Shown: positions 39,862 through 47,508 of the stretch, piece by piece
Layout: each line of letters begins with the position of its first letter
How positions within the stretch are numbered: the first letter of the stretch is position 1
Virus record (IMG/VR): IMGVR_UViG_3300044695_006747
Location: 64,001 to 128,000 of that record
Origin: a virus
Strand: one strand, 5' to 3'
Length of the DNA stretch: 64,000 nucleotides
Notes under the pieces: model-generated
Database searches by the model: none
Told to the model about the DNA's origin: nothing
The model's input: the letters and a program-made list of their open reading frames with translations, nothing else
Translations under genes and position numbers: made by a program

Positions 39862-40249
39862 TTGATGCCTCCATTAAAGTATATACTTCATCCTCCGTGA
39901 GATTAATTCCAGTTCCCATTATACTGTATTGTAAAGCCTTGCCATAAGCTTTGTATTGTTCTTTTGTAAGATGTTGTTTAATAATTCTTTGTAGTCTCCA
40001 TCTATTGAGTAAAGAATCTTTTAGTATAACATCTTGTATATCTTTTTTCATTAAAGAAACAGATTCGTTTTTATCTTTTAGTAATTCTCTATTTTTTCTA
40101 CATTCTTGAATTACTCGGATTAAATTTAATATAACTCCGATTACGATAATAATGGTTAAAGGATCTATTCCATAGTCTTGTTCTTTCGGTAATTGCATAT
40201 TTGTTAAAACTTTTTTTGCAATTTTTTCTACCGCAGCATTATTATTCAT
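39854..40249 (-). CDS. Hypothetical single-TM membrane protein
   Basis: IDPLTIIIVIGVILNLIRVI is a hydrophobic segment. Confidence 0.6.
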   Translation of the reverse strand: MNNNAAVEKIAKKVLTNMQLPKEQDYGIDPLTIIIVIGVILNLIRVIQECRKNRELLKDKNESVSLMKKDIQDVILKDSLLNRWRLQRIIKQHLTKEQYKAYGKALQYSIMGTGINLTEDEVYTLMEASNA

Positions 40250-40252
40250 ATA

Positions 40253-40615
40253 TTATCTTTCTACTGATGGTACGCATCCACAATTTTTACATTTACAACT
40301 TTTGCATTTACAATTTGGGTTCGTACATTTATCAGATTCGCCATATAATTTAATTTCTGGATGGGTTACAGAATCTTTTGATTCTGGCTCACAGTATCCG
40401 CAATCAACCATCTTTATACCATCTCCGCTAAGATACTTTCCCGTTCCTTTACAAACAGGACAATCTTTTCTTGGATATTTTTTTTCTTTGTCTATATGTT
40501 TTGCTTTTATAATACCTCCAACAAGAGTAACAGGCGCTGTTGTGGATCCATTATATCCATAACCAGAATATAGCAAGACAGAGCCTATCAAACACAGACC
40601 GATGATTTTATTCAT
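40253..40615 (-). CDS. Exported Cys-rich protein (CxxCxGxG finger + metallothionein-like tail)
   Basis: Signal/TM MNKIIGLCLIGSVLL, then CPVCKGTG...CGYC, then CTNPNCKCKSCKCKNCGC. Confidence 0.65.
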   Translation of the reverse strand: MNKIIGLCLIGSVLLYSGYGYNGSTTAPVTLVGGIIKAKHIDKEKKYPRKDCPVCKGTGKYLSGDGIKMVDCGYCEPESKDSVTHPEIKLYGESDKCTNPNCKCKSCKCKNCGCVPSVER

Positions 40616-40766
40616 CTGTTTTTCTCCAAGGCAAAATTTTTCTTTTTGGTTTAGGAGTGTCTATTTCTTCAACACTTTTTGGTGATAATATTTTAATTAC
40701 CCCCAATATAAAACTGGCAAGTATACTCAGTAGTCTGTTTAGTGCTATCTTATCTAATAATTTCAT
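40608..40766 (-). CDS. 52-aa membrane-associated protein missed by the ORF track (MKLLDKIALNRLLSILASFILGVIKILSP...WRKTDE)
   Basis: It fills the gap exactly. The ATG overlaps the peptidase TGA, and GAGGA lies upstream. Confidence 0.7.
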   Translation of the reverse strand: MKLLDKIALNRLLSILASFILGVIKILSPKSVEEIDTPKPKRKILPWRKTDE

Positions 40767-41689
40767 AAATAATCCTCAAAACCATATGAAGGAAGTTTTT
40801 GAACAGGAAAACCGTCGAACTGACTAAATGCGTAAGCCCCATTTTGACTTAACATCCCTGCTGCAACATCTGCTTGAATTAAAAACGATCCGTCTGGTAT
40901 TTTACCCCAAGATGGATGACCACCATCATTCCACTTACCCCAACTATTTTGTACTAAAAATGCTGGCTCGCTACCAGTATCATCGCAAGCGATCCAGGCC
41001 ATAGCATGAGCCCAACTACCACTAACTCTTGCAAATCCTTTACTATCTCTTTTATTACTAAATCCATAGCTAGAACATACCGCTAAACCATATCCATTGG
41101 CTAAAGCGTCTCGTGCTTCTTCTATTGTTTTTACTAAACTTACGGTTTTAATTTGATGATCGTTAGCAAGATCAATAACCGGATCTGGCAATCCTCTACT
41201 ACCCCAGCCAGCACCAAGACTACCGTTATATTTGCTAAAGTCTGCTATGCCTTTATAGTTTTTTCTAACAATGACACCACCACTTTGACTAACAAATGTC
41301 GCCGCTCTGGAGCAACTCATTCCTTGACCACCATGACCACGAGCACCATAAATTGCTTCTGTGGCTCCTCTTGAAATCCAAGATTCTTTATCTCTATGAA
41401 CATCAATTTCTACTGCTCTACTTACATCTACGGCATTACGAGTTGCATGACTAACACAATCTCCAGTGGTTTGTCGTTCATTGTAAGGATTGCCATCAAA
41501 TTTTAACACACTTTTAAATGGTGTGCTAAGCTTACCTTTGCCACTATTTTTAATTCTTTTCGCTCCATCACCAAAGTATGCGTATTTTGAATTTTCTAGC
41601 AGTTCATTAAATACGTGCTCTTCCCAAAGGCATCCTTGAAAACCTTTTCTATATTCATTATATAGATCATTAGGAGATAATCTTGCCAT
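40763..41689 (-). CDS. Papain-like (C1 family) cysteine peptidase
   Basis: Oxyanion Gln and catalytic Cys in RQTTGDCVSHA, His in WAHAM, Asn in LVQNSWG. No signal peptide. Confidence 0.88.
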   Translation of the reverse strand: MARLSPNDLYNEYRKGFQGCLWEEHVFNELLENSKYAYFGDGAKRIKNSGKGKLSTPFKSVLKFDGNPYNERQTTGDCVSHATRNAVDVSRAVEIDVHRDKESWISRGATEAIYGARGHGGQGMSCSRAATFVSQSGGVIVRKNYKGIADFSKYNGSLGAGWGSRGLPDPVIDLANDHQIKTVSLVKTIEEARDALANGYGLAVCSSYGFSNKRDSKGFARVSGSWAHAMAWIACDDTGSEPAFLVQNSWGKWNDGGHPSWGKIPDGSFLIQADVAAGMLSQNGAYAFSQFDGFPVQKLPSYGFEDYL

Positions 41690-42180
41690 TATTTGCTTCC
41701 TTCATTACAGGCCCATGCTAATGCTCTAAATGCTTCGGCAGATTTTTTCCTTAGATCAGCATCTAAAGGAACAATATCGTCTCCTGTTTGCATCATAATT
41801 ACAGATTGTGCGGCTTCTGCTAGTCCCGGATATTTCCCCTTTATATTCATTCTTAACATAGCCCCACAAAGACTGTTTGCCTGACGAACTTCTTCTGTGG
41901 TTTTTACAACTTCATCTTCGCCATCAAGTTCTATTAGTGTTGCCAAATCCATATACAAATCAGACAGTCTAGCAGCATCCTTTTTCCTATCTATTGAACC
42001 ATTTGACAGAGCATCTGTAACTAGTTGACATTTATCTCTTAGTTCTTTTTCTTGCGGTGGTGTTACCACAACGATTGTGTTGTTATTATTTGGATTAACT
42101 ATAGGAAAATTAAAATTTGGTTTAAATAATCCTAACAATAATAATCCAATCCCAACAATTAATAATACTTTATTATTCAT
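41689..42180 (-). CDS. N-terminally anchored/exported helical protein
   Basis: MNNKVLLIVGIGLLLLGLFKP anchor, GGAGA-like RBS. Confidence 0.65.
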   Translation of the reverse strand: MNNKVLLIVGIGLLLLGLFKPNFNFPIVNPNNNNTIVVVTPPQEKELRDKCQLVTDALSNGSIDRKKDAARLSDLYMDLATLIELDGEDEVVKTTEEVRQANSLCGAMLRMNIKGKYPGLAEAAQSVIMMQTGDDIVPLDADLRKKSAEAFRALAWACNEGSK

Positions 42181-42554
42181 ACTTTTTCCTCATTGCAAAC
42201 TACTGGACTCAGATAAGGAAACATTTGATCAGCAACCTTGATGGCTTCTGTGCATTGTGCTTTAACTGCCAAGTCTCTTGTTTTTTTCCAACTAGTTACT
42301 AGTTCAAAAAATACATCCTCTTTTGTTTCAACGCCAACGCTATTATTAGTTGCCGCTGGAACAGGTTTTGCAACACCTTGCTTTGAACTAAGCAATCCAT
42401 AAACCTTGTCTACTAATTGTTTAATCACTAAAGAAACAGGATTTAATCTATCCTTAAATAAAACCCATGCTATAATTGCTACTCCAGCATATAGGGCTAA
42501 GTCCGTTGGCCCCAGAGAAGATGCGAACTCGTCAAAACTCTGAGCGTAATTCAT
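42177..42554 (-). CDS. Hypothetical membrane protein
   Basis: LALYAGVAIIAWVLF TM segment. Confidence 0.6.
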   Translation of the reverse strand: MNYAQSFDEFASSLGPTDLALYAGVAIIAWVLFKDRLNPVSLVIKQLVDKVYGLLSSKQGVAKPVPAATNNSVGVETKEDVFFELVTSWKKTRDLAVKAQCTEAIKVADQMFPYLSPVVCNEEKV

Positions 42555-42937
42555 ACTTGACCTTTCTGTAGAAAAATTCCTGTTTGTCTAAAAATCGAAA
42601 CTGTTGCGTCTATGCTAGATGAAACTAGAATCATAAGTACTTTTTTCACATAGCTATGTATGATAGGTTCCAAAAGATTAGGAACAAGAGGAATGTCTAT
42701 TATAGTGAAAGTGGTATCATAAAAAGTATTGATATACTCTATAGCTATAGCTTTCTTATCTTTACCTTCTAAATCTTTTGCTATTGCTTCTATGATTTGT
42801 ACTGTGCTAGCAACTACTAATTGTAGTGCTTTCCACGCCTCACTTAGGGCTACGCTTTTTAGGTTTTTTAGCGACTGTTTTAGTTCTGCTGTTGTTTTTT
42901 CTGCTTGTTCTAGTACTAGTTCTTTTACTGTCATCAT
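42551..42937 (-). CDS. Hypothetical helical protein
   Basis: GGAGA RBS 5 nt before ATG ATG. It overlaps the upstream holin-like gene by 98 nt. Confidence 0.65.
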   Translation of the reverse strand: MMTVKELVLEQAEKTTAELKQSLKNLKSVALSEAWKALQLVVASTVQIIEAIAKDLEGKDKKAIAIEYINTFYDTTFTIIDIPLVPNLLEPIIHSYVKKVLMILVSSSIDATVSIFRQTGIFLQKGQV

Positions 42938-43208
42938 TATTCTCCTTTTGTTCGGATGGTGCTGTAGATACTAATTTTTCTGTTTCAACTATTTTTTTAA
43001 CTTCATTACGACCTTTAATATATTTAGCTAATATCCATACTTGTCCACTAATCAGTATTATACTTTCAACAGCATGAGATACTACGGATATTAATTCTTC
43101 TTTTTGTTCATTTTCTGTTAATAGTCCTGTTAAATATAGTCCGCTAAATACGAAGCTAACTAATGTGAACCAAAATTCGCTAGTTTTATACCCAGCTTTT
43201 ATTGTCAT
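42840..43208 (-). CDS. Holin-like membrane protein
   Basis: N-terminal GYKTSEFW motif seen in phage holins, two hydrophobic segments, and a strongly basic C-terminal tail. Confidence 0.55.
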   Translation of the reverse strand: MTIKAGYKTSEFWFTLVSFVFSGLYLTGLLTENEQKEELISVVSHAVESIILISGQVWILAKYIKGRNEVKKIVETEKLVSTAPSEQKENNDDSKRTSTRTSRKNNSRTKTVAKKPKKRSPK

Positions 43209-43402
43209 GAAGCACTATCTCCAGCATAGTAGCGTGGTTCATCAAATCTAGCATCATATTTGCTTTCGATATCAGTAATTGTAGGAGAGTTTTTAACATA
43301 AGTTTCTATGGTCGAATATTCACCAGTGCGAGTACACGACACTAGTGCTGTTCCGTTTTTGACTGGTTCGCCACTAACCGCTGCTTGAATATCATTGGCC
43401 AT
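43205..43402 (-). CDS. 65-aa hypothetical protein
   Basis: AAAGGA RBS. First gene after the intergenic promoter-like motif. Confidence 0.6.
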   Translation of the reverse strand: MANDIQAAVSGEPVKNGTALVSCTRTGEYSTIETYVKNSPTITDIESKYDARFDEPRYYAGDSAS

Positions 43403-43435
43403 ATTAAGATTCCTTTATTAATAAATATTAAAGAT

Positions 43436-43451
43436 ATTATCTATATACACC
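43436..43451 (-). promoter_or_regulatory. Putative phage-specific (late) promoter motif GGTGTATATAGATAAT
   Basis: Intergenic. It shares an exact TATAGATAAT with the 46800-46813 intergenic site and GTGTAT with sites at 39103-39117 and 52070-52088. Confidence 0.45.
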
Positions 43452-43459
43452 GAATCTAA

Positions 43460-45760
43460 TTAGTTACTACTACTACTACTGCTGCTGCTGCTTGATTGAG
43501 TACTACTACCAGAGGAACTACTGCTAGACGGAGGTGCTGACGGACATACAGACGTCACGCCCATATCATAGGTATCTCCTCCTGGGCCAGAACCGCCAAC
43601 TTGTGTCCAATCATTTTGCACGTAATCCGTAGCGCTATATAAAGCCGATCCACCAACAGATGTTGATATGACATATTCTGTTCCGGTCCAGAATAAATAA
43701 TACGTGTTACTATATTGATAGTATTCTCTATTATTATAGAATCCACCACTAATAAATGAACCATTCATGGGTTCGATAAATCCACAGGTTAGTATAGATA
43801 TTGGACCTTGAATCGGAACACTAACTTGAACAACTTCAACACTAGCGACCCAATAGACATCTTCTGATGCGCTGTTATATGAACACGCAATATTTAAGTA
43901 AGGATCGTTGGATAATTGTTCGATGCTAATATTACAATCCCATCCAGCATCGTCTTCATGAATAACGGTTTTAGTAGAAGCTGCGTCTGGCAATATAAAG
44001 CAGTTGCTAAAACCATCATTAGCTCTATTTTCTATTCCTCCTTCAAATTTATAAACGGCTGTTTCGCTAGGAAAATTAGAAGTAGAACCACTTCCCCACC
44101 CGCCATTACGTCTACCAACAACCTTTATTGTAAAATACCAACTGGTCCATGGAGGAACATATAAGTACTGAGATCCTGACATATTTCCATCCAATTTTAG
44201 ATTCACTGTGGTGGATGTATTATCTCTTCCTCTTAAAATAAATTTTCTAGTTTCAGCGTCTCCAGCATCATTAAATGAGCCAGCAGAATAGGTTTGTTCA
44301 CAGTGTAGAGAAGCAACACCAGAAATACCTCCAACTGTAACACCACTTGTATAGGTTGTAATATAGTTATCTAAACCACCTAAAATTGTACAATAATTTG
44401 AGTATGTGGATATATAATTACCGCTTCCTCCAACAATAGAGGTGTATGGAGAATATGATGATATTGTATTTGCTCTTCCTCCACCTATAAAACCATAATC
44501 TCCATAGACTTGATTATTTAGTCCACCTAATACAGAGCTGTAGTATACAGAAGAATAGTTTGATTGTCCACCTACAATAGTTGCATACTGTCCATTTGCT
44601 ACGTTTTGATAGCCTCCAACTATAACGCTTTGCGGGCCAACCAAATTTGATTGACCTCCAACAACTACGCTCTCATGACTATTGGATAGTGTCTGATTAT
44701 TATTTCCGCCACCAATAAAACTATAATTTGATTGTATTCTATTATTTGATCCACCGCACATTACACTGTAGTTACCTTCAGTAACTTGATTGATAGAACT
44801 TCTTGATCTTTGTAAATCTATAGAATATTGTCCTCTAATATTTCCAGCAATATCTGCTTGTAAAGATCCAGTACCAGTAGGCACGATATATAAAGATCCA
44901 TTACTATTTGTAGCAAAAATAGTATTACCATCTATTCTTATATTGTCTATAGTTAGCAACGCTCCGCTTATACTACTAGAGAATAGTCCGCTACCAGTAA
45001 CATTTAATAAAGATCCATTAAAAGTTAAATTACTTTCACCATTGATACCATTGACGGAACCAGTACTGGTGAGTATTCTATTGTCTCCACTATTGGCTAT
45101 AGTTGGTAGTACACCACTAACACCACTATTGAAGTCTGTGATGTTCGATACCGTATGAGTGTGACCAACAACGCTATAATTGCCACTTGGCTGTAGTCCT
45201 GTCACTTCTATAGTATGCGTTCCTGCATTGTTGCTTATGACAACATAACCAGATCCGATTATATTTTTAACTGGTAATAATCCACTCACGCCGCTAGCAA
45301 AATTCGTAATATCGCTAACAATATGAGAATGTCCCACCAAACTTAGTCCTGTGGTCGAAACAACAAAAGAATTAGAGATATCATTGTATGATAAAAGTAT
45401 TCCAGTTCCACCAACAAACAATCCGCTTCCTACTCTATCGTCAACCGCTTCATTGAAATCAGAGATATAAGAACTATCTAGTCCGCTAACATTTATTGTT
45501 AAAGTATTAGAATTATCGTCATGAACAATGCTAACGCCACTGCCTTGTTGCACAAATGTTGCAACTAAATCTCTGATAACTTCATCATCAGCACCAACAT
45601 ACGGCAATAATGCCCAAGGAGTAGATCCATTCCCTATTTTTAATTTACCAGTATCTTTTTCAAATCCCGGTTCTCCTAACGATAACACAGCACCGGATGG
45701 AAAAGCAGAATTATTCCACTCTGATGCTGTTCCTCTTTTAAATTTTATATTGAATGGCAT
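43460..45760 (-). CDS. Tail fibre/receptor-binding protein with Mtd_N-like N-terminus, HxH motifs, Gly-rich beta-helix repeats and a poly-Ser tail
   Basis: IKFKRGTASEW...LSLGEPGFEKDTGKLKIGNGSTPWALLPY (Mtd N-terminal domain). GHSHIVSDITNF and GHTHTVSNITDF. About 10 repeats of the form s.i.GG..N. Confidence 0.8.
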   Translation of the reverse strand: MPFNIKFKRGTASEWNNSAFPSGAVLSLGEPGFEKDTGKLKIGNGSTPWALLPYVGADDEVIRDLVATFVQQGSGVSIVHDDNSNTLTINVSGLDSSYISDFNEAVDDRVGSGLFVGGTGILLSYNDISNSFVVSTTGLSLVGHSHIVSDITNFASGVSGLLPVKNIIGSGYVVISNNAGTHTIEVTGLQPSGNYSVVGHTHTVSNITDFNSGVSGVLPTIANSGDNRILTSTGSVNGINGESNLTFNGSLLNVTGSGLFSSSISGALLTIDNIRIDGNTIFATNSNGSLYIVPTGTGSLQADIAGNIRGQYSIDLQRSRSSINQVTEGNYSVMCGGSNNRIQSNYSFIGGGNNNQTLSNSHESVVVGGQSNLVGPQSVIVGGYQNVANGQYATIVGGQSNYSSVYYSSVLGGLNNQVYGDYGFIGGGRANTISSYSPYTSIVGGSGNYISTYSNYCTILGGLDNYITTYTSGVTVGGISGVASLHCEQTYSAGSFNDAGDAETRKFILRGRDNTSTTVNLKLDGNMSGSQYLYVPPWTSWYFTIKVVGRRNGGWGSGSTSNFPSETAVYKFEGGIENRANDGFSNCFILPDAASTKTVIHEDDAGWDCNISIEQLSNDPYLNIACSYNSASEDVYWVASVEVVQVSVPIQGPISILTCGFIEPMNGSFISGGFYNNREYYQYSNTYYLFWTGTEYVISTSVGGSALYSATDYVQNDWTQVGGSGPGGDTYDMGVTSVCPSAPPSSSSSSGSSTQSSSSSSSSSSN
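43466..43528 (-). repeat. AGT/AGC trinucleotide run encoding the C-terminal poly-serine tail
   Basis: (tac)n(tgc)n on the + strand translates to PPSSSSSSGSSTQSSSSSSSSSSN. Confidence 0.85.
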
Positions 45761-45766
45761 AATATA

Positions 45767-46087
45767 TTAGGTTCTTTCTATTCTTTCCTCCAAAGCTTCC
45801 AATGTTTTTCCAAGAGTGGCTATTTGGACTTTGAGTTCGTTTAGTACTTCTGTGTTTCTTTGTAAAGCATTAGCAAAAGCAGATTGAATCTCTTTATTGC
45901 TATTTAATCGTTCCATAATAAACTGTCTATCTTGTAAATATGGACTTTTGCTTTCTACCATCTCAGCAACCTCTGCTTTAGTTGCCATATTTTTACCAAT
46001 AGCAAACCAAAAACCTATAAGAGTTATAATAATTCCAATACAAGTGGTGGCTATGCTTTCCCAAAAATGAACAATTGATTCTGACAT
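45767..46087 (-). CDS. TM + coiled-coil small protein (holin-like architecture)
   Basis: IATTCIGIIITLIGFWFAIG followed by a heptad-rich C-terminus. The start is taken as MSESIV at 46087 because the 46123 start lies in a hairpin. Confidence 0.6.
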   Translation of the reverse strand: MSESIVHFWESIATTCIGIIITLIGFWFAIGKNMATKAEVAEMVESKSPYLQDRQFIMERLNSNKEIQSAFANALQRNTEVLNELKVQIATLGKTLEALEERIERT

Positions 46088-46107
46088 ATTATAAACCCTT
46101 ATTATGA

Positions 46108-46145
46108 AATAAGCCAACGACACATCATAGTATCATTGGCTTATT
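46108..46145 (-). terminator. 16-bp stem-loop (terminator or RNA-processing site) after the 198-aa gene
   Basis: The minus-strand RNA reads AAUAAGCCAAUGAUAC-UAUGAU-GUGUCGUUGGCUUAUU: 14 Watson-Crick pairs and 2 G:U pairs, with a weak U-tract. Confidence 0.6.
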
Positions 46146-46170
46146 ATGTGTCGAATTGTAAATTAAATTA

Positions 46171-46767
46171 TCAGCCTGTTTTGCTCTTATAATCATCTAG
46201 CACTGGAGCTAGCTTACCCGTCTTGTAAACAAGTTCGCCAGGAACAGAGCGAGTGGGACTTGCTGCTTGATCTGTAGATGTTGCTGATGTTGTGTTACCA
46301 GCATTGTTCCAGAAAGCATCAACAGCAGTTGTTGGAGTTGTTGTCCAAGAGCCTGAATAGATATTCCAGTAACCAGCACGAATAGCTGTTGTGGTTCTGG
46401 TGCTTCTAACTTTTTCTTGACGATGAATACTTCTAATTAATCCTGGTTGATCAGCAGCACTACGAAGAACAGTGTTACTAACACCGGCTAATGATGTTGT
46501 GACCTTTTTGGCTACTGGCGACTGATTGTTATAGGCAAAAGTACCAGCGCTAACAGCCTTATCCGAAACATCATCATTTAATACTGTTGAAGCAAATACT
46601 TCTTTATTGTATCGTGATACTCCAACATTATCTAATTTTGTACTTGATGTTCCCACTCTTGCGGCTGCTCCACCATTACCACCAGCGCCGCTACCTTTAG
46701 CATTTGGAGGAACCGAATCATAGTCTGTTCCATTAACTTTAGCAGCATATACTTGAGTTAGTGACAT
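46171..46767 (-). CDS. Putative virion structural protein (198 aa, Ala/Thr/Gly-rich)
   Basis: High-expression-like codon use and composition, GGAGAG RBS, dedicated promoter-like elements upstream and a hairpin downstream. Confidence 0.5.
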   Translation of the reverse strand: MSLTQVYAAKVNGTDYDSVPPNAKGSGAGGNGGAAARVGTSSTKLDNVGVSRYNKEVFASTVLNDDVSDKAVSAGTFAYNNQSPVAKKVTTSLAGVSNTVLRSAADQPGLIRSIHRQEKVRSTRTTTAIRAGYWNIYSGSWTTTPTTAVDAFWNNAGNTTSATSTDQAASPTRSVPGELVYKTGKLAPVLDDYKSKTG

Positions 46768-46799
46768 TTTATCTCTCCATATGGTTTGTGATAGACTAA

Positions 46800-46828
46800 A
46801 TTATCTATACCCCAAATTTATTATAACA
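46800..46828 (-). promoter_or_regulatory. Extended -10 (TGTTATAAT, 46820-46828) followed by a GGGGTATAGATAAT motif (46800-46813)
   Basis: Both lie in the 72-nt intergenic gap upstream of the 198-aa gene. Confidence 0.5.
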
Positions 46829-46839
46829 CAACAAAATTA

Positions 46840-47508
46840 CTAGTTTAATTTTTGACCACAAATGTTAGCCATTTTTTTAAGACTATTAATAGTGTGACAT
46901 TTTATACCAAAAACGCTAGATGTTTTTTGTATTAGATCAATATGAGAATCGTTCCATACGTTACCATTAGAAATAAGCTGTATTTTATCAACCTTTTTGC
47001 TAATTAAACCGCAAGCTAGTATATTATCAGATAAATTATCTAATAAATATCCTGTAGAGGGATATATAGTTTTAATATCATGTCCTATCAAAATTTGTGC
47101 GGCTTTATACATTAATTCTAGGGTGAATACTCTATATTCCAGGATATATCTTATTTCAATTCCTTGTGGATCACACAATTCTTTGACCTTAGTAATATCT
47201 TCTCTAAATTTATCATATTTTCTGTTACATAAAAAATATGAAGGACTAACTATTTCAATAATATCGCATCCTGATCTAATGCAATTCTCAACAGATATTA
47301 ATCTAGACTTTTGGTCCATGACGCCCAATGGATAGTCTATAACGCAAGCTAACTTTATAGATAGTGGTAATAAAGATTTAGCTAGTTTAACTGATGTTGG
47401 TAAAACAGATATCGAATTTGGTCTAAGATTTATAGCATCTGTTATCAGATTTTTTGTTTCTGTTTCATTACTAGCGATATCATAATGAGCGTATTCTATA
47501 TATTTCAT
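46840..47508 (-). CDS. deoC: DeoC/DERA-like TIM-barrel protein lacking the catalytic lysines
   Basis: ACVIDYPLG, GCDIIEIV, IRYILEY, YPSTGY and ISNGNV align to the DERA motifs CTVIGFPLG, GADEIDMV, LKVIIET, KTSTGF and KASGGI. Confidence 0.7.
   Translation of the reverse strand: MKYIEYAHYDIASNETETKNLITDAINLRPNSISVLPTSVKLAKSLLPLSIKLACVIDYPLGVMDQKSRLISVENCIRSGCDIIEIVSPSYFLCNRKYDKFREDITKVKELCDPQGIEIRYILEYRVFTLELMYKAAQILIGHDIKTIYPSTGYLLDNLSDNILACGLISKKVDKIQLISNGNVWNDSHIDLIQKTSSVFGIKCHTINSLKKMANICGQKLN

Noticed and set aside
43460-45760. Diversity-generating retroelement suggested by the Mtd_N domain
   Set aside because: No reverse transcriptase, Avd or template/variable repeat pair was seen in the window. 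Mtd_N is a generic fibre attachment domain.
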